DNA of 64,000 nt from an uncultured Acidobacteriota bacterium (lineage in GTDB: Bacteria; Acidobacteriota; JAQAZP01). Numbering within the stretch: position 1 is the stretch's first letter; each line of letters opens with the position of its first letter. The DNA lies in contig CAWIIB010000009.1 of NCBI GenBank assembly GCA_963836075.1, positions 864,001-928,000 on the forward strand. The letters are read 5' to 3'. The notes below the pieces were generated by a model. The model saw nothing but the letters and a program-made list of their open reading frames with translations, was not told the DNA's origin and made no database searches. A program made the translations under genes and the position numbers. This document shows, piece by piece, positions 41,495 through 55,248 of this stretch.

Positions 41495-42619
41495 ATGGAG
41501 TTTTCAGTCAAAAAGGATGATCTGCAGTTTGAACTCGCGCTGGTCCAGGGAATCGTGGAGAAGAAGCACGCCATGGCGATTCTCTCCAACATTCACCTCA
41601 CCGCCGGAGATGAAGGTCTGACCATCGTCTCCACCGACATGGAGGTGAGCCTGGTCACCACCTGCCCGCTCTCCAGCGTGAAGAAACCGGGGGCGCTCAC
41701 GGTTTCTTCACGAAAGTTGTTCGAGATCGTCCGCGCCCTGCCATCCGGAGCCGATCTGGACTGCCGGCAGATGGATAACAACTGGCTGGAGCTCGATGCC
41801 GGCTCTTCGCATTTCGAAATCGTCGGCCTGGCGGTTGATGACTTTCCCCGGCAGCCCGAGTGCGACATGACCAGCGCCTTTCCGATCCCGGCCTGGATCT
41901 TCAAGTCGTCCCTGCCCAAGATCGTGTTCGCCATCACCCATGACGACGCCCGCTACTCGGTGAGCGGTGCGCAGTTCGTTGCCGACGGAGAATTCATCCG
42001 GCTGGTGGCCACTGACGGTCACCGGTTGTCAATGGTGGAAGTGCCGTTCAAGATCGAGGGCCTTGATCCTGCGGTGGAATTCCTCATCCCGCGCAAAGCC
42101 CTGGTGGAGTTGCGAAAGATGGTGGCCGAGGTGGAAGACGACGCCGAGGTGCTGGTGGGGCAGGAGGGGAATCACATTTTCTTCCGTATCGAACAGCGGA
42201 CGCTGATCACCCGCAAGGTGGAGGGGACCTTCCCCAAGTACGAACGGGTCATGCCCCGCGAGAACAACATCTCCACCGTGTTCGACCGTGAGGCCATCAG
42301 CTCGGTGGTCAAGCGGGTGGCCCTGATGTCCAGTGAACGGTCCCGGGCGGTTCGCTTCGGGTTCAGCAAGAACGGTCTGCTGGTCAGTTCCAGCAATCCC
42401 GACCTCGGGGAGGGGCGTGACCTGATCGAAGTGGACTTCCCGTCCGACGATGATTTGAGCATCGGATTCAATGCCCAGTATATTCTGGAATTTCTGGGCT
42501 GCGTGGATGATGACGAAATCCGGATCGACCTGAAGGACGGCACCACCCAGGGGCTCTTCAGACCGGCCACCGACGGCGACTGTGTCTTCCGTCACGTGAT
42601 CATGCCGATGCGTCTGTGA
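41495..42619 (+). CDS. dnaN: DNA polymerase III beta clamp
   Basis: VATDGHRL, GTFPKYERV, GFNAQY, VIMPMRL. Confidence 0.98.
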   Translation: MEFSVKKDDLQFELALVQGIVEKKHAMAILSNIHLTAGDEGLTIVSTDMEVSLVTTCPLSSVKKPGALTVSSRKLFEIVRALPSGADLDCRQMDNNWLELDAGSSHFEIVGLAVDDFPRQPECDMTSAFPIPAWIFKSSLPKIVFAITHDDARYSVSGAQFVADGEFIRLVATDGHRLSMVEVPFKIEGLDPAVEFLIPRKALVELRKMVAEVEDDAEVLVGQEGNHIFFRIEQRTLITRKVEGTFPKYERVMPRENNISTVFDREAISSVVKRVALMSSERSRAVRFGFSKNGLLVSSSNPDLGEGRDLIEVDFPSDDDLSIGFNAQYILEFLGCVDDDEIRIDLKDGTTQGLFRPATDGDCVFRHVIMPMRL

Positions 42620-42675
42620 TCGGATCGTCCCAGCCATCATCGCACCGGGAAAAGGCGGAGTCGCACCCACCCCCT

Positions 42676-42779
42676 GCCATTGAGAGGAGCCCGAAGGGCG
42701 ACGAAACAATCTCTTCTTCCATGCGGCCAGGAAGAGTGAGATCGCCACGTCGCGGGCTTCGCCCACTTCTCGCGATGAC
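42676..42779. repeat. Imperfect palindromic REP-like element
   Basis: GCCATTGAGAGGAG...GCGACGAAACAATCTC pairs imperfectly with GAGATCGCCACGTCGC...CTTCTCGCGATGAC. Confidence 0.65.
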
Positions 42780-42806
42780 CGGAACGTACCTCTTGGGGCA
42801 CCGCCA

Positions 42807-44003
42807 ATGACGCTTGAATCGCTGCTGCTGTTCAATTTCAGAAACCTGGAAAACTCCACCATCCGGTTTTCCGGCGGCCTGAACATCATCCAGGGGGAGA
42901 ACGGGCAGGGCAAGACAAACCTGATGGAAGCGATCTATCTCCTGGGAACCACCAAATCGTTCCGGCACTGCCGTCTCGGTGATCTGAAGACCGAGGGAAA
43001 CAGCGCCTGTTCGCTCAAGGGCTCCGTCGGGCGGGATGACCGGCAGGTTGAGATTTTCTTTCGGGTGGATGAGCGCGGCGGGAAACTGTTTGGCCGTGCG
43101 GACAGTGCGCAGGACCTCTACGATTACATCGGTCTTCTCGATGTCCTGGCCTTCACCGGCGAGCACCTGTCCATTGTCCGGGGGGGTCCGGAGGAGCGGC
43201 GCAGGTTCATTGACCGCGGGATCGTGGGGCTCAGATCGTCCTATTTGAAGACCGTGATGGAGTATCGGCGGGCGGTCAGACAAAAAAACCGCTTTTTGGC
43301 CGATTCCGCACGGGGATTTGCAGGAAAAAGTGGTGGTTTTCTGATAGAATTGGAAGCCTGGAACGAGCGCATCATCGATCTCGGATCGCGGATTCTGCTG
43401 GAGCGGGCACAACATGTTTCCCGCTTGAATGATCTGCTGCAGGAAATCCATTCCGGGCTTTTCTCCGGCGTCCGCCCGCCAGTGGAAATGGCGATGCGGA
43501 CGTCCATCGGCGACGAGGTTTCCATCGCCGGCGAAAGTCTGGAAGCGGTTGGTGCCAGGTTGAAGCAGAAACTGGAATCCGCGGCAGAGCGGGAGCGCGA
43601 CAGGTCTTTGTCCCTGGTGGGGCCGCACCGCGACGAGATCGAGTTTCGCTACGATGGCCGGCGGCTGCGGCAGTACGGATCGTCGGGTCAGCAGCGAGGA
43701 TATTTGCTGGCCGCCAAACTGGCCCGGGCGGAGATCCACCGTGAAGAGTCGGGCGGCTACCCGCTATTTCTCTTTGATGATTTCGAGAGCGAACTGGACC
43801 GGCGTGGCCGGACAGGTTTTTTGCAGTATTGCCGGGACCGCTTCCAACTCTTCATCGCCGTGTCGGCGGAAGAGTTGGATATGGGAGAGCCCTGGAGCCG
43901 GCAAAAACATTTTCGCGTACAAGGGGGCAGATCAGCGACCTCGGTGGCCGCTGATCCTCCACGGTTTTTTCTGGTCTCCAGGAGACCAGCATTTCCCGGG
44001 TGA
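42807..44003 (+). CDS. recF: DNA replication/repair protein RecF
   Basis: NFRN, GENGQGKTN, GPHRD, GSSGQQR, FDDFESELD; 3' end possibly frameshifted. Confidence 0.93.
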   Translation: MTLESLLLFNFRNLENSTIRFSGGLNIIQGENGQGKTNLMEAIYLLGTTKSFRHCRLGDLKTEGNSACSLKGSVGRDDRQVEIFFRVDERGGKLFGRADSAQDLYDYIGLLDVLAFTGEHLSIVRGGPEERRRFIDRGIVGLRSSYLKTVMEYRRAVRQKNRFLADSARGFAGKSGGFLIELEAWNERIIDLGSRILLERAQHVSRLNDLLQEIHSGLFSGVRPPVEMAMRTSIGDEVSIAGESLEAVGARLKQKLESAAERERDRSLSLVGPHRDEIEFRYDGRRLRQYGSSGQQRGYLLAAKLARAEIHREESGGYPLFLFDDFESELDRRGRTGFLQYCRDRFQLFIAVSAEELDMGEPWSRQKHFRVQGGRSATSVAADPPRFFLVSRRPAFPG

Positions 44004-44010
44004 GATCTGA

Positions 44011-46445
<2,435 letters not shown>

Positions 46446-46446
<1 letters not shown>

Positions 46447-46590
46447 AAGTGGCTCCAGAACCTCAACTGAGGCCCGATAGCAGCGTTGCCGGCCTCCTTG
46501 GAATGCGCAGCCTACTAGAAGAGTATGCTGCGCTTCCTCGTCGGCCGGCGCCTTGCTCTCGAACCTCAGTTGAGGTTCTGAAACCACTTC
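46446..46590. mobile_element. MITE-like 145-bp palindromic element between gyrB and gyrA
   Basis: 27-bp terminal inverted repeats GAAGTGGCTCCAGAACCTCAACTGAGG / CCTCAGTTGAGGTTCTGAAACCACTTC (2 mismatches); interior also self-complementary. Confidence 0.65.
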
Positions 46591-46617
46591 GAACTTTCCT
46601 TTGAGAAGTGAGACGGC

Positions 46618-49119
46618 ATGAACGAGCGGCTCATAGGTGGGATTCGGATCCCGGTCAACATCGAAGACGAGATGAAGCAGTCGTACATGGATTACGCGAT
46701 GAGCGTGATCGTCGGGCGGGCCCTGCCCGACGTGCGTGACGGTCTCAAGCCGGTGCACCGGCGGATCCTCTACACCATGCACGACATGAAAAACGACGCC
46801 AGCCACCCCTACAAGAAATCGGCGAGGATCGTCGGTGAGGTGATGGGTAAGTATCACCCCCACGGCGACCAGGCGATCTACGACGCCATCGTCCGCATGG
46901 CCCAGGACTTCTCGCTTCGCTACACCCTTGTTGACGGTCAGGGCAACTTCGGCTCGGTGGACGGTGATTCGGCGGCGGCCATGCGGTATACCGAGATCCG
47001 CATGGAGAAGCTGGCCGGCGCGCTGCTCAGGGACATTGAAAAAGAGACCGTCGACTTCGTCGAGAACTACGACGGGTCGCTCACCGAACCGGACGTGCTC
47101 CCCTCCCGCCTGCCCAACCTGCTGATCAACGGCTCGTCCGGCATCGCGGTGGGCATGGCCACCAACATCCCGCCGCATAACCTGGGTGAGATCGTCGACG
47201 CCACCATGGCCCTGATCGACGACCCCAGCCTCACTGCCGAAGACCTGATCCAGTACGTCCCCGGCCCCGACTTCCCCACCGGCGGATTTATCTGCGGCAC
47301 CGCCGGCGTCCGCTCGGGCCTGCTTACCGGTCGCGGCTCGGCCAAGATGCGGGCCAGGGCGATCATCGAGAAGCAGCCCAAGGGCGACCGCGAACACATC
47401 GTGGTCACCGAGATCCCCTACCAGGTGAACAAGTCCAAACTGATCGAGGACATCGCCAACCTGGTGCGCCACAAGAAGATCGAGGGGATCAGCGACCTGC
47501 GCGACGAGTCGGACCGCGACGGGATGCGCATCGTCATCGAACTGAAGCGGGCCACCATCCCCGGCGTGGTGCTCAACCTGCTCTACAAGCACACCCAGCT
47601 GGAATCGAACTTCGGCATCAATCTGCTCTCCATCGTCAACAAGCAGCCCAGGCTGCTCAACCTGCGCCAGATGCTCAACGAGTTCATCGGCCACCGCAAG
47701 GTGGTGGTGACCAGGCGCACCCGCTTCGAGCTTCGCAAGGCCGAGGAGCGGGCCCACATCCTCGAAGGGCTGAAGAAGGCGCTGGACAACCTCGACGCGG
47801 TGATCAAGCTGATCCGCGCGTCGAAGGGCCCGGCCGAGGCCAAGGCCGGCCTGATGGAGAAGTTCAATTTCAGCGCGGTCCAGGCCCAGGCCATTCTCGA
47901 CATGCGGCTCCAGCGACTCACCGCCCTGGAGCGCGACAAGATCATCGAGGAGTATCGCGAGCTGCTGAAGCTGATCGCCCGGCTCAACGAGATCCTGGCC
48001 AGCGAGCGGGTGCTGATGACCGTGATCAAGGGCGAGCTGGAAGAAGAACGGAAGCTGTTCGACGACCCCCGCCGCACCGAGATCATCCCCGACGCCGGCG
48101 AGATCAGCATCGAGGACATGATCGCCGAGGAGGACATGGTGATCACCGTGAGCCACTCGGGCTATATCAAGCGCACCTCGGTGAGCAGCTACCGCAAGCA
48201 GCGCCGCGGCGGCAAGGGCGTGATCGGGATGAAGACCAAGGACACCGACTTTGTCGAGCACCTCTTCATCGCCTCGACCCACAGCTACATCCTGATCTTC
48301 ACCAGAAACGGCCGGGTGCACTGGCTCAAGGTGCACGAGATTCCCGAGGTGGGTTCCTCGGGCAAGGGCAAGGCCATCGTCAACCTGCTGCATCTGGCCG
48401 GTGACGAGCAGGTGGCCTCGATCCTGCCGGTGAAAGACCTCACCGAAGAGCAGAACGTGATCATGGCCACCCGCCGGGGCATCGTGAAGAAGACCGAGCT
48501 GCCCGCCTTCCAGCACCCCAGGGTGGGCGGGATCATTGCCATCACCGTGGACGAGGGCGACGAGCTGCTCACCGTCGAGCTCTCCAGCGGCGAGGACCAG
48601 GTCTTCCTCGGCACCCACCTGGGCAAGGCGATCCGCTTCCACGAACGGGACATCAGGGCCATGGGCCGCACCGCCCGCGGCGTGATCGGCATCCGCATGA
48701 AACCGGGTGACTACATCGTCGAGATGGCGGTGACCCGCGAGTTCGGCACCATCCTCTCGGTGACCGAGCACGGCTTCGGCAAGCGCACCGCCATCGACCA
48801 GTACCGCCTGCAGGGCCGCGGCGGCTCGGGGATCATCAACCTCAGGGTCACCGAGCGCAACGGGCCGGTGGTGGGGATGATGCGGGTGGACGAGGATGAC
48901 CAGCTGATCGTGATCACCCAGATGGGGATGATCATCCGCATGAACCTCAAGGACATCAAGGTCATCGGCCGCGCCACCCAGGGGGTGAAGGTGATCAACA
49001 CCAGGGAAGGCGACAAGGTGGTTGCCGTGGCCCGCCTGGTGGAACGAGATCCCGACCTGGCCAGCGAGAACGGCGAAGAGGAAGAGGACCTGCAGGAGAA
49101 CCTGCCGGAGACGGAGTAG
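46618..49119 (+). CDS. gyrA: DNA gyrase subunit A
   Basis: YHPHGD, AAMRYTE, GyrA-box QRRGGKG. Confidence 0.99.
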   Translation: MNERLIGGIRIPVNIEDEMKQSYMDYAMSVIVGRALPDVRDGLKPVHRRILYTMHDMKNDASHPYKKSARIVGEVMGKYHPHGDQAIYDAIVRMAQDFSLRYTLVDGQGNFGSVDGDSAAAMRYTEIRMEKLAGALLRDIEKETVDFVENYDGSLTEPDVLPSRLPNLLINGSSGIAVGMATNIPPHNLGEIVDATMALIDDPSLTAEDLIQYVPGPDFPTGGFICGTAGVRSGLLTGRGSAKMRARAIIEKQPKGDREHIVVTEIPYQVNKSKLIEDIANLVRHKKIEGISDLRDESDRDGMRIVIELKRATIPGVVLNLLYKHTQLESNFGINLLSIVNKQPRLLNLRQMLNEFIGHRKVVVTRRTRFELRKAEERAHILEGLKKALDNLDAVIKLIRASKGPAEAKAGLMEKFNFSAVQAQAILDMRLQRLTALERDKIIEEYRELLKLIARLNEILASERVLMTVIKGELEEERKLFDDPRRTEIIPDAGEISIEDMIAEEDMVITVSHSGYIKRTSVSSYRKQRRGGKGVIGMKTKDTDFVEHLFIASTHSYILIFTRNGRVHWLKVHEIPEVGSSGKGKAIVNLLHLAGDEQVASILPVKDLTEEQNVIMATRRGIVKKTELPAFQHPRVGGIIAITVDEGDELLTVELSSGEDQVFLGTHLGKAIRFHERDIRAMGRTARGVIGIRMKPGDYIVEMAVTREFGTILSVTEHGFGKRTAIDQYRLQGRGGSGIINLRVTERNGPVVGMMRVDEDDQLIVITQMGMIIRMNLKDIKVIGRATQGVKVINTREGDKVVAVARLVERDPDLASENGEEEEDLQENLPETE

Positions 49120-49131
49120 GGGGATTGCCTG

Positions 49132-49704
49132 CTACGCGGGATCCTCAAACAGCCGGCCGCGCTCGGTGAGGGTGACGAGCGGTACGACCTCCACACGATC
49201 GGACAGCGGATAGCGCCTGGTTCCCGGGTAGAGGACGGCGATGCGTTCGAGACCAAGGTCCCCCAGGGCCGATCGCATCGACGGCGTGAGGCGTGGCGCA
49301 TCGGCTCGCTTGCATTCCACCCCCAGCAGACGGTCACCGCGCCGGAGGATCAGATCGATCTCGGCCTGTTGATGGGTGGCCCAGAAAAAGGCCCCGTCAT
49401 GGGGTTCGCCCGCCAGGACTTGCTCGATGGCGAACCCCTCCCAGGACGCTCCAACCTTGGGATGACCGAGCAGCGCCTTCTCTCTCTCCAGGCCTTCGAG
49501 CGCTTACAGCGCCGTCATCGGCTCGTCCAGTCGGGCGAGAGAAGCGGGATCCTCCAGGTCGAAGTAGTTGACCGAGTCTTCGGTTACCAGCTCGCGGGCG
49601 AGCGTGGTCTTGCCGCATTGTCGAGGGCCGGTGAGCACCACGATCGGACTGCGTGAGAGAGCCGTCTCGATCCGGCCGAGATGGGACTGTCGAGGTATAT
49701 GCAT
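49132..49704 (-). pseudogene. AAA_14/DUF4143-type ATP-binding protein pseudogene
   Basis: GPRQCGKTT N-terminus, in-frame TAA at 49504-49506, then a jump to the C-terminal HPKVGASWEGF...EIDLI...VECK; the central part appears missing. Confidence 0.8.
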
Positions 49705-50107
49705 ACCGCAACAATACCATGAAAATCGGCCAAGCCAAGCGGGATATTCATGTAAAAGTCTGGCGGGGAAGCGGTTGAATTTTGACCACTCAGTGGCTCA
49801 TTTCAGGGGGGGGCAGGCCACCTGACAACGAGACCGTCTTTTATAAGCCGCTTATGATATATAAATGAGTGGAATCAATAAACAACTATAGCGTAGCTAC
49901 CTGGCCGAGATCGGCCGGCAACTCGAGTTGTGTTTTGACGAGGAAGCAGCAGCTGTAATTTGCCGTGGATGGCGGGATGACGGTCTGAACCATGGGGAAT
50001 GTCGCCACGGAGCTTCTGCCACAGGCGTGGCTCCCTGGTCTTACTGTAAGATGGAGCTGGAAACTTTGCAGGACAGGGGCCAACCCGTTACAAGGCAAGG
50101 TCGAATC

Positions 50108-50752
50108 ATGACGGACAAAACCAGAATCGATATCATCTCGGATGTCATGTGTCCCTGGTGCCTCATCGGTTACAAACGCCTCGAAAAGGCCATCACTGAG
50201 ATGGGGATAGAGGACCGGATCGAGATTGAATGGCATCCGTTCGAACTCAATCCGGCCATTCCTGCGGGCGGTGAAGATCTTTGCGAGTATCTGGGCAAAA
50301 AATACGGCATAACCATGGCCGACAGCATCCGTTTTCAGGACGAAATGACACGCCTGGGGGCCGAGCTCGGGTTTACCTTCGACTTTTTTGAGGGGATGAA
50401 GATCGTCAATACCCGTGATGCCCATCTCCTTCTGGAATATGCACGCGAGTTCGGCAAACAGACCGAGCTGAAAATGCGTCTGTTCGAAGCGTTCTTCGGC
50501 GAACAAAAGGACGTATCGGACAGAGATATCCTGGCTCATGAAGCACAGCGAGTCGGTTTGAATGTCGATGAGGCGCTGGCAAGGCTGGATGACCCTGCCG
50601 CGCAGGACCGTATCCAGGCCCGGGAATCGTCCTGGCACAGCATGGGTGTATCATCCGTACCGACCATGATCTTCAATCGGTCCAGCGCTTTGATCGGCGC
50701 GCAACCGGTTGATGATTACAAAGCGGCGTTAGCTGAATTGATGGAGCCGTAG
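50108..50752 (+). CDS. DsbA-family (FrnE-like) oxidoreductase
   Basis: SDVMCPWCLIG, PFELNP, GVSSVPT, GAQP; likely start 50108. Confidence 0.9.
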   Translation: MTDKTRIDIISDVMCPWCLIGYKRLEKAITEMGIEDRIEIEWHPFELNPAIPAGGEDLCEYLGKKYGITMADSIRFQDEMTRLGAELGFTFDFFEGMKIVNTRDAHLLLEYAREFGKQTELKMRLFEAFFGEQKDVSDRDILAHEAQRVGLNVDEALARLDDPAAQDRIQARESSWHSMGVSSVPTMIFNRSSALIGAQPVDDYKAALAELMEP

Positions 50753-50924
50753 GCACGTATGGTACGCCAATCACGGTCGGGCTGCTTTAAAAGTATCGGG
50801 GGACGTACTTGCGTTGTTGCGTTTCTGAAGGCCAGGGAAAGGCTACCCCTCTGTCAAACCGCTTTACCCGACTGAAGCCGTCCACTCGGTCCAGTCGCTC
50901 AAGCCTGGCGTAGCCTTTCCCAAG

Positions 50925-50968
50925 TTGACATTTGTGCCTTCTGGCACTATATTTAAGGCCAGATGGCA
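50925..50968 (+). promoter_or_regulatory. Xre-RES promoter with operator repeats
   Basis: TTGACA-17 nt-TATATT; GTGCCttctGGCAC in the spacer and a second GCCagatGGC downstream. Confidence 0.7.
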
Positions 50969-51029
50969 ATAGCCGATTTCAAGACGCCCGGAACGCCCGC
51001 GGTTGAGCAGATGGAGAGGGGACAAAACC

Positions 51030-51464
51030 ATGACCACCGTTGAAGAAGCAATGTCGGTCCTCGGTGGCAGAAAAGTGTTCGGCAAGAGGATCGTCGAGTC
51101 CGCGCACGCCATCCCTCTTATCGAAGAGGGGCTCCCCTACGACTCCCTGATCCGGGTTCTCGAGGCTCTCGACATCTCCCGTGACCGGCTGTCGGTCATC
51201 CTGGGCATACCCAAACGGACTCTGGCCAGGCGAAAACAGCAAAAAAAGCTCGCCTGGGAGGAGTCGGACCGCCTCTATCGCATCGCCCGCCTGGTGGTCA
51301 AGGCCACTGCCGTTCTGGGCACCCAGGAGAAGTCTCGAGCCTGGCTCAAAGAGCCGAACCGGGCACTGGGCAATGCCGTTCCGCTCGAACTGGCCGCCAC
51401 CGATGCGGGAGCAATCGAGATCGAGAAGGTGCTGGACCGGATCCATCACGGGGTATTCAGTTGA
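51030..51464 (+). CDS. Xre/MbcA/ParS-type antitoxin
   Basis: IEEGLP, RTLARRK, ESDRLYRIAR, WLKEPNRALG..PLEL, RIHHGVFS. Confidence 0.9.
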   Translation: MTTVEEAMSVLGGRKVFGKRIVESAHAIPLIEEGLPYDSLIRVLEALDISRDRLSVILGIPKRTLARRKQQKKLAWEESDRLYRIARLVVKATAVLGTQEKSRAWLKEPNRALGNAVPLELAATDAGAIEIEKVLDRIHHGVFS

Positions 51465-51925
51465 TCAGGGCCTTCCGTATCTGCCGGAAAATGGCGAAGA
51501 ATAGAGCCTTTGACGGTGGCGGGGCTCGCATCGCCGGCGGTCGTTGGAATCCCGAGGGCTGCGCGGCGGTGTACACGGCCGAAAGCCGTGCCCTCTGCGC
51601 ACTGGAGATTCTCGTTCACGCCAACCCGTCCGAGCTGGCCGAAAATTATGTCAGCTTTCCGGTGGAGATTCCATCGGGGATCGAGATCGAACGAATCGAG
51701 CCGGACGACCTCCCTTCCGGGTGGAGACGCTATCCATCACCGGCCGGTCTGCAGGAGATGGGCCGGGATTGGATCGACGGTGGCACCAGTGCCGTGCTCT
51801 CGGTGCCCTCGGCCATGGTCCCCCAGGAGAGGAACTATATCCTGAATCCCGGACATGCCGGCTTTCGAAAGATCCGCATCCTCGATTCCGAACGCTTCAT
51901 TTTTGATCCAAGACTGCGATCGTGA
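51461..51925 (+). CDS. RES-domain toxin (NAD+-targeting family)
   Basis: GGRWNP, YTAES, LEILVH, VPSAMVP, NYILNP.H, FDPRL. Confidence 0.92.
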   Translation: MIRAFRICRKMAKNRAFDGGGARIAGGRWNPEGCAAVYTAESRALCALEILVHANPSELAENYVSFPVEIPSGIEIERIEPDDLPSGWRRYPSPAGLQEMGRDWIDGGTSAVLSVPSAMVPQERNYILNPGHAGFRKIRILDSERFIFDPRLRS

Positions 51926-52148
51926 ACAGATCGTACCGGCCACTCCTTCACGTATCCCGGTTCCATCAGTCTGTTTTCCCGGCGGGCCGGCACGAGCTTG
52001 ATGCTGGTGAAGATCTCACCCGGCATATATGAAGAAACGCCCAAGTGTGTTAAAAATAATGACCTGAACATGGGCGGGCCGCAGCCGGCCCGATCAAGCT
52101 GAAACAACCAACGGGAACCTTCCCTCATCCAGCGATGCGGAGGAGCGG

Positions 52149-53699
52149 ATGTCGACGAAGAAGAACCTGGAGACCCTGAGGGAGCGCAACAGGCTGGCCG
52201 AGCTCGGCGGCGGCGAGAAGCGGATCGAGAAGCAGCACGCGGCGGGCAAGCTCACCGCCCGGGAACGGCTGGAGATCCTGCTCGACCCCGGCTCCTTCCA
52301 GGAGATGGACAAGCTGGTGGCTCACCGCTGTATCGACTTCGGCATGGAGAAGCAGCGCATTCCCGGCGACGGTGTGATCACCGGGTTCGGCCGCATCGAC
52401 GGCCGGCCGGTCTATGTCTTCTCCCAGGACTTCACCGTGTTCGGCGGCTCGCTCTCCGAGACCTACGCGATGAAGATCTGCAAGATCATGGACCTGGCGA
52501 TGAAGATGGGCGTGCCGCTGATCGGTCTCAACGACTCGGGCGGCGCGCGGATCCAGGAAGGGGTGGTGAGCCTCGGCGGGTACGCCGACATCTTCCTGCG
52601 CAACACCATCGCCTCGGGCGTGGTGCCCCAGATCTCGGCGATCATGGGCCCCTGCGCCGGCGGCGCGGTCTACTCGCCGGCGATCACCGACTTCATCTTC
52701 ATGGTCAAGAAGTCGAGCTACATGTTCGTCACCGGGCCCGACGTGATCAAGACCGTGACCCACGAAGAGGTGACCAAGGAGAAGCTGGGCGGCGCCATGA
52801 CCCACAACTCGGTGAGCGGCGTGGCCCACTTCGCCGCCGAGGACGACGCCAACTGCCTGCTGCTGATCCGCGAGCTGATGTCGTTCATCCCCCAGAACAA
52901 CATGGAGGACCCGCCGGTCAAACCCACCGCGGACGACCCCAACCGCAAGGAGCCGGCCCTCGACTCGGTGGTGCCGGACAACCCGAACCAGCCGTACGAC
53001 ATCCGGGACATCGTCGGCCCGATCCTCGACGACAAGTACTTCTTCGAGGTGCACGAGCACTACGCCAGGAACATCGTGGTGGGCTTCGGCCGCCTGGCCG
53101 GCATGCCGGTGGGCATCGTGGCCAACCAGCCGGCGGTGCTGGCCGGCTGCCTCGACATCGACGCCTCGCTGAAGGGCGCCCGCTTCGTCCGCTTCTGCGA
53201 CGCCTTCAACGTGCCGCTGGTGGTCTTCGAGGACGTGCCCGGGTTCCTGCCCGGCACCGGCCAGGAGTTCGGCGGGATCATCAAGCACGGGGCCAAGCTG
53301 CTCTACGCTCTGGCCGAGGCCACGGTGCCGAAGATGACGGTGATCACGAGGAAAGCTTACGGCGGCGCTTACTGCGTCATGGCCTCGAAGCACATCCGCA
53401 CCGACATGAACTACGCCTACCCCGGGGCCGAGATCGCGGTGATGGGCTCCAGCGGTGCGGTGAACATCCTGCACCGCCGCGAGATCGCCGAGGCCGAAGA
53501 CCCGGTGAAGATGCACGCGGAACTGAAGGAGGAGTTCGACGAGAAGTTCGCCAACCCCTACATCGCCGCCGAGCGGGGGTTTGTGGACGAGGTGATCGAG
53601 CCCAGCGAGACCCGGGCCAAGCTGGTGGCCGCGCTCTCCATGATCAGGACCAAGCGGGACAAGAACCCGCCGCGGAAGCACGGGAACATCCCCCTCTAG
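52149..53699 (+). CDS. pccB: Acyl-CoA (propionyl-CoA-type) carboxylase carboxyltransferase subunit
   Basis: [33 protein letters not shown]. Confidence 0.93.
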   Translation: MSTKKNLETLRERNRLAELGGGEKRIEKQHAAGKLTARERLEILLDPGSFQEMDKLVAHRCIDFGMEKQRIPGDGVITGFGRIDGRPVYVFSQDFTVFGGSLSETYAMKICKIMDLAMKMGVPLIGLNDSGGARIQEGVVSLGGYADIFLRNTIASGVVPQISAIMGPCAGGAVYSPAITDFIFMVKKSSYMFVTGPDVIKTVTHEEVTKEKLGGAMTHNSVSGVAHFAAEDDANCLLLIRELMSFIPQNNMEDPPVKPTADDPNRKEPALDSVVPDNPNQPYDIRDIVGPILDDKYFFEVHEHYARNIVVGFGRLAGMPVGIVANQPAVLAGCLDIDASLKGARFVRFCDAFNVPLVVFEDVPGFLPGTGQEFGGIIKHGAKLLYALAEATVPKMTVITRKAYGGAYCVMASKHIRTDMNYAYPGAEIAVMGSSGAVNILHRREIAEAEDPVKMHAELKEEFDEKFANPYIAAERGFVDEVIEPSETRAKLVAALSMIRTKRDKNPPRKHGNIPL

Positions 53700-53718
53700 G
53701 GAGAGACAGGCGAAACAG

Positions 53719-55248
53719 ATGGACAAGCGACCATTCAAGAAAGTACTCATCGCCAACCGCGGCGAGATCGCCCTGCGCATCATCCGCGCCTGCCGCGAGA
53801 TGCAGATCAAGACCGTGGCGGTCTACTCCGATGCCGACCGCAACGCCCTGCACGTGCGCTACGCCGACCGGGCTTACAACATCGGCCCGCCGGCCTCGGC
53901 CGACAGCTACCTGCGCATCGATAAGATTCTCGACGCGGCAAAGAAGGGCGGCGCCGAGGCGGTGCATCCCGGTTACGGTTTTCTCGCCGAGAACGCCGGT
54001 TTTGCCCGGGCCTGCGCCGAGGCCGGGCTGACCTTCATCGGCCCGCCGCCGGAAGCCATGGAGGTGATGGGCCTGAAGATCGCCGCGCGCAAGGTGATGC
54101 AGGCCGCCGGTGTGCCGGTGGTGCCGGGCACCGAGGGCGGCATCCCGGCCGACGAGGACGAAGCGGCGGCCCTGGCCGACGGGATCGGCTACCCGGTGAT
54201 GATCAAGGCCGATGCCGGCGGCGGCGGCAAGGGCATGCGGCTGGTCCGTTCGGCGGACGAGATCAAGAGCGCCCTCAGGGGCGCGGCGTCGGAAGCCGGC
54301 GCCTCCTTCGGCAACGCCACGGTCTACATGGAAAAGTTTGTCGAGCGGCCGCGGCACATCGAGATCCAGGTGATGGGCGACCGGCAGGGCAACGTGATCC
54401 ACTTCGGTGAGCGCGAGTGCTCGATCCAGCGGCGGCACCAGAAGGTGATCGAGGAGTGCCCCTCGCCGGTGGTCAGCGAGGAGATGCGCGCCGCCATGGG
54501 CGAGGTGGCGGTGAAGGCGGCCAAGGCGGTGAACTACCACAACGCCGGCACAATCGAGTTTCTCGTCGACCCGGAGATGAACTTCTACTTCCTGGAGATG
54601 AACACCCGGCTGCAGGTGGAACACCCGGTGACCGAGCTGGTCACCGGCACCGACCTGGTGAAGATGCAGCTGGAGGTGGCCGCCGGGCGGCCCCTGCCCA
54701 TGACCCAGGAAGAGGTGAAGATGCGCGGTGCGGCCATCGAGTGCCGGATCTACGCCGAAGACCCGGCCATGGGCTTTCTCCCCTCGCCGGGGCCGATTCA
54801 CGGCCTGCGGCAGCCCGGCGGTCCGGGAATCCGCGACGATTCGGCGATCTACCCCGGCGGCGAAGTGACCATCCACTATGACCCGCTGATCTCCAAGCTC
54901 TCCACCTGGGGCCGCACCCGCGCCGAAGCCATCGAGCGGATGATGCGCGCCCTGGAGGAATACAAGATCCTGGGGATCAAGACCAACATCCCGTTTCACG
55001 AGCGGGTGATGCGCGAGCCGCACTTCATCAGCGGCGACTTCGACACGTCCTACATCGACCGGCTGCTGGGCGACGATGCCGGCCGGCCGCTGGAGGCCGA
55101 AGAGGACCGCACCGACGTGGCCCTGGTGGCCGCGGCCCTGGCGGCCTACCGCCGGGACGAGAAGAGTGCCGCCTCGGCGCCGGTGGCCTCGGGTGACGGT
55201 CGCGGCGCCCCGGGCTGGCGATCCCGCGGCTGGAGGAATCAGTCATGA
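53719..55248 (+). CDS. accC: Biotin carboxylase
   Basis: IANRGEIA, HPGYGFLAEN, GGGGKGM, EMNTRLQVEHPVTE. Confidence 0.95.
   Translation: MDKRPFKKVLIANRGEIALRIIRACREMQIKTVAVYSDADRNALHVRYADRAYNIGPPASADSYLRIDKILDAAKKGGAEAVHPGYGFLAENAGFARACAEAGLTFIGPPPEAMEVMGLKIAARKVMQAAGVPVVPGTEGGIPADEDEAAALADGIGYPVMIKADAGGGGKGMRLVRSADEIKSALRGAASEAGASFGNATVYMEKFVERPRHIEIQVMGDRQGNVIHFGERECSIQRRHQKVIEECPSPVVSEEMRAAMGEVAVKAAKAVNYHNAGTIEFLVDPEMNFYFLEMNTRLQVEHPVTELVTGTDLVKMQLEVAAGRPLPMTQEEVKMRGAAIECRIYAEDPAMGFLPSPGPIHGLRQPGGPGIRDDSAIYPGGEVTIHYDPLISKLSTWGRTRAEAIERMMRALEEYKILGIKTNIPFHERVMREPHFISGDFDTSYIDRLLGDDAGRPLEAEEDRTDVALVAAALAAYRRDEKSAASAPVASGDGRGAPGWRSRGWRNQS

Noticed and set aside
49504-49506. Stop-codon recoding in the ATPase remnant
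   Set aside because: The codon is TAA and the gene also lacks its central domain, so it is a pseudogene.
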